This document shows positions 39,360 through 51,780 of a stretch of 64,000 bases of DNA, one piece after another. Made by a program: the position numbers and the translations under genes. The stretch is from Camelus ferus. Lineage: Eukaryota. Under the pieces are notes generated by a model. That model made no database searches. It saw only the letters and a list, made by a program, of their open reading frames with translations, and was not told where the DNA came from. How positions within the stretch are numbered: the stretch's first letter is position 1; the number at the start of each line of letters is the position of its first letter. The DNA is taken from the NCBI RefSeq assembly GCF_009834535.1, contig NC_045697.1, forward strand, positions 6,512,001 through 6,576,000, written 5' to 3'.

Positions 39360-40090
39360 TCACACATCCGCGTGGGGACGCACTGGCATCCCTCCTCAGC
39401 GCTACTCCAGGACCTGACTCCCATCCCGACTAGGAGCCAGGGGACTCGTGCTCACAGCGACGTTGCGGTACTTACTGCCTGTTCATCGTTCTTGGCACCG
39501 GGCAAATGAGAGGGATCTTCAACTCAGCCTGCGGAAACAAAAGCAAGCTCATTATTGGGCCTTACACACCATGTTTTAATTCTGGGGAACATGTTCCTGC
39601 CACTTCCTGTTAAAATGGGATACAGGTGCCAGCTTAGAGGAAAAGACAGCAGGGGAATCAATCCAGGTAGATAATTGGTTTATTTCAGGAGCGGGTGGGG
39701 GAGGGGGCTTCGTCTCTGACATGCTGTCCTCTTTCTGTCAGCATCCATCCCATCTGCCCCGGGGAACTGAGCGAACCTCTCCCGAGCTTGTTTTTCCTGG
39801 AGTGCAATTGTGCGCTCCCCCGGGCACCCAGGGCGCGTTAGCCCAGGCTCTGCTCCGGGGAGCCCACGTGCGTGCAGGAGAAGCGACGCTTTTCTTTTCC
39901 AAGTGTGATTTTGTCATGAAATGTTTATTGGAAATTATATTTATAAACCGGTTCACGCAGGATGCAACAATTTATTTGCGGCTTGTATTCATCCACATAG
40001 GAGAGATCATTAGCCCCATTAACCATATAAATTAGCAGCAGAGACCCTGGGGGTATTCAATAGGGCTTTACATCAATGATTGCATTCAAT
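39360..40090. promoter_or_regulatory. Candidate enhancer / conserved non-coding element
   Basis: No recognisable repeat; roughly 29 CpGs in 39361-40000 by hand count; dense TF motifs. Confidence 0.4.
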
Positions 40091-40129
40091 CTACACAGAG
40101 ATGCTGGGAGGTGTAAAGGATATTACCCA

Positions 40130-40565
40130 CGAGATCAGTTGGGGTTCCAGCAAGAAACAGATGGCACCCTCAAATTGGGTAATTTGAGAACAGTTTAATA
40201 AAGAGAACATTTAAAGGATGTGGGCAGGGTGTAGGAAATCCACAAAGGATAGTGAAAGACCTTGGAGGGGCTGTTACCATGCCTGGGCCTGGAGGAGTCG
40301 GGGGAGCCAGTGGTCACAGAGACTCAGAGTCGAGGATGGTGGAAAAAGAACTGTGGCTTCCAGTTGAGGGACCCACAGGGAGGGAGCTGCGGCAGGTGGA
40401 ATAAAAATCTGCATCTCAGACCCCTCCTACCCCGAATCTCTTTTGTTGCTGTCTCCCATCAGCCGAACTCAACAGGAAGCCAAGTGAGAGGAGCCATTGG
40501 CATGGTTTCTATCCATCAGCCCCCTGGGGCTCCCAGCTGAGAGTAGTAGGCTTGAGAGTGGATCT
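40130..40565 (-). mobile_element. LTR33-like ERVL solo LTR
   Basis: cagcaagaaacagatggcaccctcaaattgggtaatttgagaacagtttaataaag...gagagtggatct. Confidence 0.8.
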
Positions 40566-40689
40566 CACTGTTAAAAGGAATGAGGCTCCAGGAGGTTAAA
40601 TTATGCGCCCAAGATCACCCATCTGCAATAAGAGCCCAGGCTCATAGGACTCAAACATTCTGTTTCCTAGCCAGTTACTACTCCTAGAT

Positions 40690-41120
40690 CATTCTGCCAT
40701 CCCTGTGTCCATCCATTCATCCGTTCATCTATCTGATCATGATTTGCTGAAACTAACTAATAAGAAACATTCCCTGCCTCCAGGCATGCCTGAGACTCAG
40801 CATGAGATAGATTCTGTATCAAACAGATACAGATCAAACAAACAAAAAAACAAAATCCTAACTCTGCCTTGGACAGCCAGTGGAATCTTCATAAAGGAGA
40901 TAATAGTTGAGCTGGAGATTGCAGAATAAGTCAGCATCTTCCTGGCTTAGAATTAAGGAAGGTGCTCTGGGCAAATGGGATGCCATTTGCAAAAGTGTGA
41001 GGTTAGAATACATAGTGTGACACAGAGGCTTTGCACAGCTTGGTGGGACCATGGAAGCCAGCAGCTTGGATGTTGATAGCATGTGGCAACGGGCTTGGGA
41101 AGGACCACTGGGTTGATTGT
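40690..41120 (-). mobile_element. L2 3' fragment
   Basis: tccatccattcatccgttcatc tail; ctctgggcaaatgggatgccatttgcaaaag. Confidence 0.55.
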
Positions 41121-41454
41121 CAAGGACTGCACATGACAAAGGATGAGATTTGGATATGAGCTGTGTGATCTTGGACCAGTAATTGAAGGAAAGTTATTAA
41201 AGAACTAGGACTAAGCTTCAGGTCCTCAGATACCCTCTGTATTACCCCACAGCCACTCCCCTCACCTTGTACATCTAGGTCAATGAATGACAGCAGGTGA
41301 AAGGGAGGTAACTATTAAGTACTCATGCATAGACAGTTCTCTCTGGATGGAACGTGGGGTATCTAGCTCATGCATGGCCACTTTGGAAGCTGTCTCGTCA
41401 TCCATGGTGGCGGGAAGAAGACTTGAATCTTTATCAACATAATACAAATCATGG

Positions 41455-41655
41455 ACATCTAATACTGGAAGAGTCCTGGACTGGAAGTTGAGGGACTCTA
41501 TTCAGCTCCGCTGCTATCATTAAGTAGTGTGTGACCTCTTCTGAGCATGTGGTCTCTCCTCATTTATAAATGGTAAGTCCATATCTTCCTTTTCCACAAT
41601 TACGTGTGAAATAAGCTGATGCATCTGAAAAAATCTTATAAACTATAAGCTTTAT
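41455..41655 (+). mobile_element. MIR SINE
   Basis: ggaagagtcctggactggaagt...gtgtgacctc...tcctcatttataaatgg. Confidence 0.65.
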
Positions 41656-43079
41656 GGAAATATGGGTATGCAATTACTTGTATAACAAAGTACAGTTTGC
41701 AAGTTGCTTTAACATTGGTCATGTTATATATTTGGGTATCTAGGGTTATTGACACTGATTTTTGGATATTACTATTTAGAGGAATTAAATTACTCAATTA
41801 GAGTAACACAGGTCAAATTTATAACCCCTTCCCCACTTTAGGAGCATTCACAATTTAAATATCTTGCTTATATAGTTATTTCATTCCTTTGAGTGTGTTG
41901 ACCAGCAGTACTGAAGCAGTGTTGAAATGAGAAAACATAAGTTGATCTTTATGGAAGGCTCCCCATGTGTCTGGCTCTTGGCTGGTGCTTACACTCAGAG
42001 TTAAGGAATCACAAAGTACAGGACACTTTCCTCCAAGGCTTATTGCCTTGGATCAGAGGCCTAGGGAGGTGGCCAGGGAAGCTGCTTTCCAGCCCTGAAT
42101 TGTTCAAGGGGTAGCCTTGAACAAGGCATTGGGAGGTTCCGAGCCTCAATTTTTTCTCCCGAATAATGAACAGGTTGGGCTCCATAGGTTTCTTCCAGCT
42201 CAAAGATTCCACAAAAAAAGTTTCATTTGAAAAACTACAATCCATCCATATTTGGTGACAAAAAAAATGGTTTTAAAAAGTTGGAAGCCTGCTATTCCAT
42301 TTCTCACATTTTATTGTCTTCTCTAATAGAGCTTCTGGCAGAGCAAAATTGCAGAAAGACTCTGACAAAGTGTGAACACAGGGCAGCAGGGATGGACAGG
42401 GAAGAGGCTGGGGAAGGAATTCTTAGCTTTTGCTTTATACTTAAACCTTTGCAAATTATTTGATCTGTACCATCAAATTAGGTTTGTATTTTAACATCTT
42501 AATACAAATTCCAAAGAGATATTTTACTAGCAGCTTTTGAGAGATGTGAGCAATTTATTGTACAAAAAAGAATTTTAAAATGTCATGAAGACAGTCCAAC
42601 TCTTCTGGCATTTGAGAAGCAAAATTTGGGGTCTTAGTGACCCACATCAGAGGATGAGTCAGCCCTGTGGTGTCATCCACATGACAGATTGGACGGCACT
42701 CCACAAGGCGAATTGCTCTTTGCTCTACTCAGAATGTCTAAGCCCCATCTGAGAGCACCATGGTCTTATCAGATCTTAGTCATTTTGTAAAGGATGTGGT
42801 GAGAAAGAGATGTGGTGAGTCAGACAGAATTTCACGTCCGTAGATTTTATGAAGGTAACGTATTATAGAAAAGACAAGGCCCTTCCCTTTCTGATGTGTA
42901 TATTTTCAAAAAAAATATGAATGAACACTGAATGCCTCTTATGTATCCCCCGCATCCACTGTAATAAGCCCATACGATCTGCATTATCATCCTTACTTTA
43001 TATAAAACCAAATTGACATCCACACATGTTAAGTAACCTTCTCTACCAGCTGGTATTGCAAACCATTGGCCTTGAAACG

Positions 43080-43200
43080 TTCTAGTCATGTGTTGGGACA
43101 CCTGCTCCCAGCCTCAGTTTGATTATCTGTAAAATGGGGGTCACACCACAGCTATCTGTAGGGCTCTTGTGAGGATTACTTGAGAACATATGGGTCTCAG
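43080..43200 (+). mobile_element. MIR SINE fragment
   Basis: gcctcagtttgattatctgtaaaatgggg...ttgtgaggatta. Confidence 0.75.
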
Positions 43201-43401
43201 ATATGGAGAAATGGCCCATTAATATTAACTTGAACTTTAAGATTAATTCAAGGCCATATATCACCTTTGGGTTTTAGTCTCCAGAAATGAGAAGTGCTTA
43301 TTCACCTACAGTTGATGGCCACCAGATGAAGTAAGCATGTATTCTCATACCTGTTTGCCCTTCAGAGAGACCTGGGAAACTTTAAAATAATACTGATGCC
43401 C

Positions 43402-45047
43402 TAATGCAATCCCTATCAAATTACCCAGGACATATTTCACAGAACTAGAACAAATCATAATAAAATTTATATGGAACCACAAAAGACCTAAAATTGCCAA
43501 AGCATTACTGAAGAGAAAGAAAGAGGCTGGAGGAATAACTCTCCCAGACTTCAGACACTACTATAGAGCTACAGTCATCAAGACAGCATGGTATTGGTAC
43601 AAAACAGACATATGGACCAATGGAACAGACTAGAGAGCCCAGAAATGAATCCACAAACTTTTGGTCAACTAATCTTCAACAAAGGAGGCAAGAATATACA
43701 ATGGAATAAAGACAGCCTCTTCAGCAAATGGTGTTGGGAAAACTGGACAGCAGCATGTAAATCAATGAAGTTAGAACACTCCCTTACACCATACACAAAA
43801 ATAGACTCAAAATGGATCAAAGACTTAAACAGAAGACAAGATACAATAAAACTCCTTGAAGAAAATAAAGGCAAAACATTATCTCCCATACCTCTCAGAA
43901 ATGTTCTCCTACGGCAGTCTACTCAAGCAATAGAAATAAAAGCAAGAATAAACAAATGGGACCTAATGAAACTTACAAGCTTCTGCACAGCAAAGGAAAC
44001 CATAAGTAAAACAAAAAGACAACCTATGGAATGGGAGAAAATTTTTGCAAATGAAACCGACAAAGGCTTGATCTCCAGAATATATAAGCAGCTCATATGA
44101 CATAATAAGAAAAAAACAAACAACCCAATCCAAAAATGGGCAGAAGACATAAACAAGCAATTCTCCAAGAAAGAAATACAAATGATCAATAGGCACATGA
44201 AAAAATGCTCAATGTCACTAATTATCAGAGAAATGCAAATCAAAACTATAATGAGGTATCACCTCACACCAGTCAGAATAGCCATCATTCAAAAATCCAC
44301 AAATGACAAATGCTGGAGAGGCTATGGAGAAAAGGGAACCCTCCTGCACTTCTGGTGGGAATGCAGTTTGGTGCAGCCTCTGTGGAAAACAGTATGGAGA
44401 TTCCTCAAAAGACTAGGAATAGACTTACCATATGACCCAGTTATCCTGCCCCTGGGCATATATCCAGAAGGAACCCTACTTCAAAAAGACACTTGTACCC
44501 CAATGTTCATAGCAGCACTATTTACAATAGCCAAGACACAGAGACAGCCTAAATGTCCATCAACAGATGACTGGATAAAGAAGAAGTGGTATATTTATAC
44601 AATGGAATACTATTCAGCCATAAAAACCGACAACATAATGCCATTTGCAGCAACATGGGTGTCCCTGGAGAATGTCATTCTAAGTGAAATAAGCCAGAAA
44701 GAGAAAGAAAAATACCATATGACATCGCTCATATGTGGAATCTGAAAAAAAAAAAAAAGAACATAAATACAAAACAGAAACAGACTCATAGACATAGAAT
44801 ACAAACTTGTGGTTGCCAAGGGGGCGGGGGGTGGGAAGGGATAGACGGGATTTAAAAATTGTAGACTAGATAAACAAGATTATACTGTCTAGCACAGGGA
44901 AATATACACAAGATCTTATGGTAGCTCACAGAGAAAAAAATGTGCCAATGAATATATATATGTTCATGTATACCTGAAAAATTGTGCTCTACACTGGAAT
45001 TTGACACAACATTGTAAAATGACTATAACTCAATAAAAAAATGTAAA
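43402..45047 (+). mobile_element. Young 5'-truncated L1 (ORF2 C-terminal ~1.3 kb + 3' UTR + A-tail)
   Basis: ORF2 peptide NAIPIKLP...DQWNRLE...KWCWENW...MRYHLTP...PFAATW; perfect 18-bp TSD aaaataatactgatgccc (43384-43401, 45048-45065) at TT/AAAA. Confidence 0.97.
43403..44745 (+). pseudogene. Disabled L1 ORF2 C-terminal fragment
   Basis: One frameshift near 43600, in-frame TGA at 44098-44100, Cys-rich motif altered ([18 protein letters not shown]); endonuclease and RT domains absent. Confidence 0.9.
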
Positions 45048-45469
45048 AAAATAATACTGATGCCCCCCAATTTTTGAGTCAGTTCTTCTGAGCTAGAGCC
45101 CAGGGACTGACATTTTTCAGATGTCCCAGGAATTTTAATGGACAGTGAGCAGAGGAAGTGGATGTATGAATGTTAACCCACTCATTAACGTCTGCCCATC
45201 ACCCACCCCTCGCTGACAATTCTCTGTTATGGAAAGTAACAAATAATCACATTTCCATTCTCCTTGCTGTTCTAAGCTCATCTGAAATGGAAAGAGAGGA
45301 ACCACCACTGCTCACCAAGAATCCTCCATACGTTAATAGTTACTTCTGAGTTAATTCTCGATGAAATGTTTAAAAGAAAGCTACCGCATCCCAATGTTTA
45401 TGACCTCAGTGAGAGTGAGCAAGGCCACCGAACAGCAGTTCCTCTGTCAGACCTTGTCTGTACCACGTT

Positions 45470-45600
45470 CGGGGATGAGATGGAGGTGGTGGTTACACGA
45501 TGCTGGAAATGTCCTAAATGCCACTGAATTGTTCTCTTTAAAATGATTAATTTTATGTTAGGTGCATTTCACCTGAATAAGAAATGAATATTTTTAAAAA
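45470..45600 (+). mobile_element. L1MB-like 3' end fragment
   Basis: aatgtcctaaatgccactgaattgttctctttaaaatgattaattttatgtta. Confidence 0.8.
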
Positions 45601-45669
45601 AGAGATCTTGTCTGTAAGCAACAAGTAAGTAAAAGCTGGGTTCCCACAGCTGCAGTACAAGGTAGAATT

Positions 45670-46030
45670 TGTTCCGCATTTATTGAGGGTCTGCTGTGTG
45701 CAGGGCGTGGTCCAGACACGAGGTGTGAGAGACCACAGAGCAAGGCTCTGACCTCATAGCACTCGTCTGTTTTCTCCATGGCGCTGTAAATAATTGCAAA
45801 GGAGTGAGATTAAATATGTATCTCCAAATAATAGAGGAACATGAGGTGTTCGTGGAATTCAGAGGAAGGCACGCCCAGTGGGAAGGCACACCGAGGGAAT
45901 CCACGGAGAAGGGTTTCCTCCCAGCTCCTCTACAGTTTTCCTTAGAAGGAACCCTGATCCTGACTTGGGGTCTGATAACCGAAGGGAGGAGGGACTTCCA
46001 GGCTGAGGAGCATCCCCAGGCCTGCAGTTC
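45670..46030 (-). mobile_element. L2 3' fragment
   Basis: catttattgagggtctgctgtgtgcagggc...ggacttccaggctgagg. Confidence 0.6.
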
Positions 46031-47843
46031 TTCCTCCGGGAAGCTTTAGGATCTAGACACCGTCTGAGATAAAGGAGCATCATCAGACCCTTGCTTTTCC
46101 TGCCTTCACTCAGGGACCTGAGACCCTGGGGTGCCCCAGCCGTGGCCACATCTCACTGTGTTTGGCACATTCATTTTCTATAGGAACCAAGGCATTTCTA
46201 TCATTTCTCTTCCAAGTTAGCCACAGAAATAAAGCCTAAGCATGGTTTTGGCTGCCAAAGAGAAGTGACTTTTAGGTGCCATCTGTCAGTCACAGTGGGG
46301 CGCTCGGTGCAAACGGTACTAATCTGTCCAGAGCTGGCCGTGCCGTGGGGGTGCCAACTGCACCCTGCCTGCACGGTCCCCCAGTCAGGGAGGGACTGGG
46401 CAGGAAGAGACCCTGGGCCCTTGGGGAGTCACAGGAAGAGGCCACCTGTTTTCATGACACCTGTTTATTTCTCCAACAAGGGAAAATACTGACTGCATTA
46501 AAAATTAGACACCAGTGCAGATCTAATTGTAAATGCCAAGCTGAAGGCTAGAATTGCCTGACTGTCCACTGGGCTCCAAAGCCTAGGCAAAAGGGCTGGA
46601 ATAGGGTTGTGATTAATTTATTTTGGCTTAGAAATCCATACTTTCATTTCAATAATAGAGTTTCTGTGAGATGTGGAGACCCCTAAGCGTCTGGGGCTCC
46701 TTGGGGGTCCAAAAGGAACCCCAACTTGAGAAATACTACGCTATGCTCTGCTGCTTCCCTATGAAGCTTATTTATCCCCCTCAAGGTATAAAGAGGACGA
46801 TGTCAAAGATAGGCGCACAGCGTGACTGGGGTCCTGAGGGTAAAGGGGTCCCTGCCCTAATTGTCCATTTTGGCCAAATAACCCCACCATTTTGGAGATG
46901 ACGATATTTGATTAGCTCACTTTGCAGGTTGAAAAGCATTTTGTAAAGGTAATGGACTTGTTGGTTAAAGCACACCCATGTTTCAGAACACCGAAATAAA
47001 GGGAATGGGATTCTGCAGATTGGGAGCATTTGTAAGACTTCCAAAGAATAGACATTACATTTGTGCATTAAACCCAGAATGGCTGCTTCTGAACTTGGAA
47101 CACACCTGAGGTCTTAGTGAATGTGTTAGGAAGGAAAGACTTGTTTTATATAAATAGAATGAATTTTGGTGAGGATCTTAATCCAAGAATAATTAATACC
47201 CTTCTGGTATCATAAGCAGTTTAAACAATTGGAAACATGTAAAACAACAAATCCCATTTCCTTGTTATTCCTGGAGAACTCTTGTTCTCCACTGGGAATT
47301 CACTGATGCCAAAATGAGCTTGCAAAGAGACATTTTTATCATAAATATTTCTGCTGCATTTCAACCTGATCTGAAATTAATATTTCATGAAGGGAAAACA
47401 ATGCTTTTACAGTAAGGAAATTTTTTGTTTTGCTCCCAAGCATTTCTTCTTTATTCCTTGAAGATAAAACTTATGAAACTGCTAGCCTCTGTTTTATTGC
47501 AAAATTTAAGAAACATCATTCTAATAATGACGACGTACCTAAATAGATACAGGAAATGACCGGAAGCAAACTAAGAATTGTTGAAAAGAATATTAGAATC
47601 TGTCATAAAGCGAAGATGTAGCCATGCAGCTCAAACTAGGTCAAGGCTGAAGGAGAGGGTCTAAATTAAGGGTTGATGCTTTTTCTCATTAAAACAGGAA
47701 AACAAGAAAAGAACTGAATATAAAATACATACAACATGCATCTAATTCTTTACACAGTAGCACCCAACATATCTAAAATGGTGGATGTCATCTGGGGTCA
47801 AGGGAGGGAGTGACATGACATATTTGGGGAAGACAGCCAGGAA

Positions 47844-47901
47844 GTGTGTGTGTGTGCGTGTGTGTGTGTGTGTGTGTGTGCGTGTGTGTGTGTGCGTGTG
47901 T
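47844..47901. repeat. Interrupted (TG)n microsatellite
   Basis: Directly visible, with three CG interruptions. Confidence 0.95.
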
Positions 47902-49147
47902 CTGTGAACGCATGCATGGGTTTTGAGCAAGCTTGTTGAAACCAAGATTTCTCAGATGAAGATATTTATTAATTTTGGTCACAATGATATGTAATTTTTT
48001 TCTATCTTCATATCACAAATGAGAAAGTTTCATTTTAGAGATGCTCATATTTAGAGAAAGATATATGCTGATTGGATTTCTAATTCTATCTCCTGGTCAG
48101 GGCAATCAGCTAAATTTAATTAAATATAACATTTAATTTTATTGGATTTCCAGTGAATGGAGGCATTTGAAGTCAAATGGATTGTTATTATAGATTTTTT
48201 TTTTGAGGAATATGGGAGATTGCTTTCCTATTTTTTCTGATATTTAAGTATGGACATATTTTGTTAACTGGCAAAAGATTTTTACCAACTGTCTTGGTAA
48301 CAAGTAACTTCCCTTATGTATCTCTAGGCCACGTACATATGCATCCGTTTTTTATTTTAAATGGTTTTGAAAACACCCTTAATGAGCTGATGCAATCTAT
48401 CATTTAGGAATTTATTACTCCTGGAGCTTTTTGTTGTCAAAAGCCATCTCCTTTTCTCTTTTGAAAAAAAGATTCCCTTCCTTCAGTGGTATGAATTTTT
48501 TCTTTTCCCCCCATTCAGTAGTAAATAGCTCTTCCTTTTCCTCATTCACTCATCTTGTTTTCTCATATTCCTTTCTTCTCTCTGTCCTCCCTTCCTTCTT
48601 GCTTAATTTCCTCCTCCCTTCCTTTTTCTGCTCTCTTATCATTAAAGTTATTTTACTGTTCAGATAAAATGAGACTGTAAATAAAATATAGATGATTAAG
48701 AGTCTAATTAGATTTTTTTTTTTGAAAGTTCACGTGTTCACCTTGTTCCTGTTTTCATTTGGCTCTCATAAATGATGCTAGAAGCACACCGATTATGGGC
48801 AGGTACCGCCAGGCTGAGGTTAATCTGAAGATTCCCAACTGTGATGGATTCTCCATTGATTGATTAATACATTGGGGCAGTACTGAAGGCAAATTTTAGG
48901 AAAAAGAAAGATATAAGAAAATAAACTGAGATTCAGGAATGAATCTATTTGTCTGTCAATCACAACATACAGGACAGCCTACCTCCCCTGAACAACTCAA
49001 GCCCAATGGTGAAAGCATTGTCATTCTTTAAGCAGTCATTACTAAGCACCTGCTGTATGCTAGTCATTATCTGAGGACCAGTTTCACCATAAGAAGGACC
49101 TCAAAGAAGTCTGAGGGAAACTTAAAATCCAAAGAAGAGGCATGAAA

Positions 49148-49441
49148 GGGGTGGGAGGGAGGGATAAATTGGGAGCTTGGGATTCGCACATACAAAGCAC
49201 TACTATGCACAGAATAAACAACAACATTTTACTGTATAGATCTGTCAGAGATCTATACAGTAAAATGTATACAGAGAACCATATTCAAAGGCTTGTAGTA
49301 ACCTGTAATGAAAAAGAATATGAAAAAGAATATGTATATATTTATATATATCACTGAATCACTATGTTGTACACCAGAAACCAATACAACTTTATGAGTC
49401 AAATTTTACTTCAATTAAAAAAAAAAAAGGGAAGAAAAAAA
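49148..49441 (+). mobile_element. Short L1 3' end with TSD and internal fold-back
   Basis: cttgtagtaacctgtaatgaaaaagaatatg...tacaccagaaa...ttcaattaaaaa; TSD aaagaa(g/a)aggcatgaaa 16/17 at 49131-49147 and 49442-49458. Confidence 0.9.
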
Positions 49442-49498
49442 AAAGAAAAGGCATGAAAAGTCAGGTAGTCTAACCAAGACTGGACTAAGAGTGATGTA

Positions 49499-49500
<2 letters not shown>

Positions 49501-49560
<60 letters not shown>
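49501..49560. repeat. Perfect (TAA)20 microsatellite
   Basis: Directly visible. Confidence 0.98.
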
Positions 49561-49561
<1 letters not shown>

Positions 49562-50419
49562 GATGACAATTACAATGATATTGGTGGTACCACTTACTGA
49601 ATGCTAGAACCCTATGTAGGACATTCCATTTAATTTAGATTCCATGGTAAGGCAACAATCCAAGTGACCCAGATTTTTCAATATTGAACAATTCTGTCGT
49701 TTTGTTCAGTGAGAGTCCTTCTTTGGCCAAATCTGTCTAGCGAACAAATGCACAGTATGGATTCAGATGAGATCATCACTTAATTTGTAACTTCAAGAGC
49801 ATTTAGAATTTAACTCCTAAATTGAACTTCCTTTATATAATTAATGCTTTCTTTGTCCCTTCTTTTATTCAGGATCACTTTCCTAGCAAGATGTGAGGCA
49901 GGTCTTTAAGCCCAGGTACACTGAATTGTACTGTGAATTGTGCAAGTTGACCCTCACTATCTCTAATCTGAAAAATGAGGATATAAGCACTCATGCTCCT
50001 TTGCTCAGAGGAAGATTCTGGAAACCAAATGAGACCATGGAAGTGAAAGCATTTTGTAAATTCTGAACTTTTGCAAGTCTAGTTCAACAGGCAAGTATTG
50101 AGCAACTTCTAAGTTTCAGCACCATGAACGGCACAGAGGATATGAAATTGGCAAGGAAAGTATTCCAAAGGAACTTCTATCATTTTTCATGAAATCTTTG
50201 TATTTTCAGAGGATCAGTGCATTTGAGGAGTTGGAAGATACTACTAAAGCTTTGATAGATGACTGATTGAAATAAATGCAAAAATGAGGAGATTAACTTT
50301 CTGTAGAAATCAACTCAAAATAAGACTTCTTTATAGGCCAAAATTCTTAAAAAGTGACACCCTCCCCAAAAGAATCTAAAGATGGTTTATTTGAATGTAA
50401 ACTCATGATAACTGCTAAA

Positions 50420-50650
50420 AATGATAATATAGCCATTAGCATTTACTTTGCACTTAATTATTGCTAGACACTATATAACATGTAACTTTTACATATTGTA
50501 TCTCATTTCTCAACACAAATGCAAAAGGTAGGTCTTGCAATTCCAGTTTATAAATGATAATCTAAGGTTCTGAGAAGTTAAATAACTTGTCTAAAATTAA
50601 CCTGCTAGGAAGTAACAGTCTGAATTCAAACCCAGGCTATCTATTTCTCA
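50420..50650 (-). mobile_element. MIR SINE
   Basis: ctaaggttctgagaagttaaataacttgtctaaa...ctgaattcaaacccagg. Confidence 0.7.
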
Positions 50651-51559
50651 GAGACTGGGTGGGGTGGTTTAACAGAGAGAGCTTGGCAACAGAAGTAGGA
50701 GTTTGGGATAAGGACTGTGTGGACGTGTTCTCTGGGAAGGCCCATAGAGATGGAGTGGTCAGGAGATCCCTAGATTTGCCCAAGAGTAAGGGTGACCTGC
50801 TCTATGAATATTCATAAGCAGTTGTAGGGCAGCCTGGCTCCCAGGTGCCTGTTGAGATAGCAGATCATCAATAGCTTAGCAAACCCAGCTATTACAATGA
50901 CCCAGCTCTGACTTTGTGCTAACCAAGCCACCTCCTGACAGTCATTTGATATCCTGTGTAGATTTGCCTCCTGAGAGGGAACTTACAACTTGAGTACACT
51001 TTTAACACTTGAACAAAGTCACAGAAGATGGATGGAGGTAGGGCCCCGAATACCAGAGTCTGGCAATGCCCTTAAGTCCCATCAACTCTGAGTGCCTTGG
51101 ATAAAATAAGTCTTCTGAATCTGCAAAGCTGATGACTCAGTGTGGGTCCCTAAGGACACCACAAATGCTCAGTCCTCTCAGAAGCTGGGCTGGGGTTACT
51201 AGCCAACTTTCGTATTTATCTCATGCTAAATACAACAGAGAAGACACCACAATTAAGGACTATGCCCTCAAATGCATGGGTATTGAATTTCCATGTGGTA
51301 CCCAGATCTTTTGGCTCATACTTGGCTCATTAATATGCAAACAGCTATGCACAAAGCCATGTAAACAAGGTGGCATTCTAATTACCACACATAAGTGCTT
51401 GGGAAACAGTGTTTCAGTTAGCATCACCAATGAAATATGAAAAACAAACTCACATGCATATTTTTACTGTTGCTTATGGCATATCTGGGACTTCTAAAAT
51501 GCTGTTGGTTAGTCTGAAGGAAAACGATACTGTGATCATGACCCTGAGCACATCCAGCC

Positions 51560-51780
51560 GGGCTCTGATGGAATGGAGTGCAAAGAGCAGGAGCTTGGGA
51601 TTTCAGTAGACCTGCTTCCGCTTTCTGGTGTGAAATGGACACTGTATGGAATCTCTGAACCTCGGTATCCTCTTTTTGGAATAAGAATAAGTGTATCTAC
51701 TAAAAAAGTGAGAAACAATGAGTATTCATTATACAGCACATAGCAGGCACTCAAATGGCAATCTACTGGTCATTGCTGTT
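51560..51780 (+). mobile_element. MIR SINE
   Basis: aatctctgaacctcggtatcctc...cagcacatagcaggcactcaa. Confidence 0.65.

Larger units (their letters stand above)
43340..45150. mobile_element. MER5-like hAT MITE (host) split by L1
   Basis: acctgggaaactttaaaataatactgatgccc...catttttcagatgtcccaggaattttaatg reconstitutes MER5 when the L1 is removed. Confidence 0.6.

Noticed and set aside
43588..44745. 170-aa and 187-aa ORFs as a functional or domesticated gene
   Set aside because: 5'-truncated L1 ORF2 with a frameshift, a nonsense codon and intact TSD; an ordinary dead copy.
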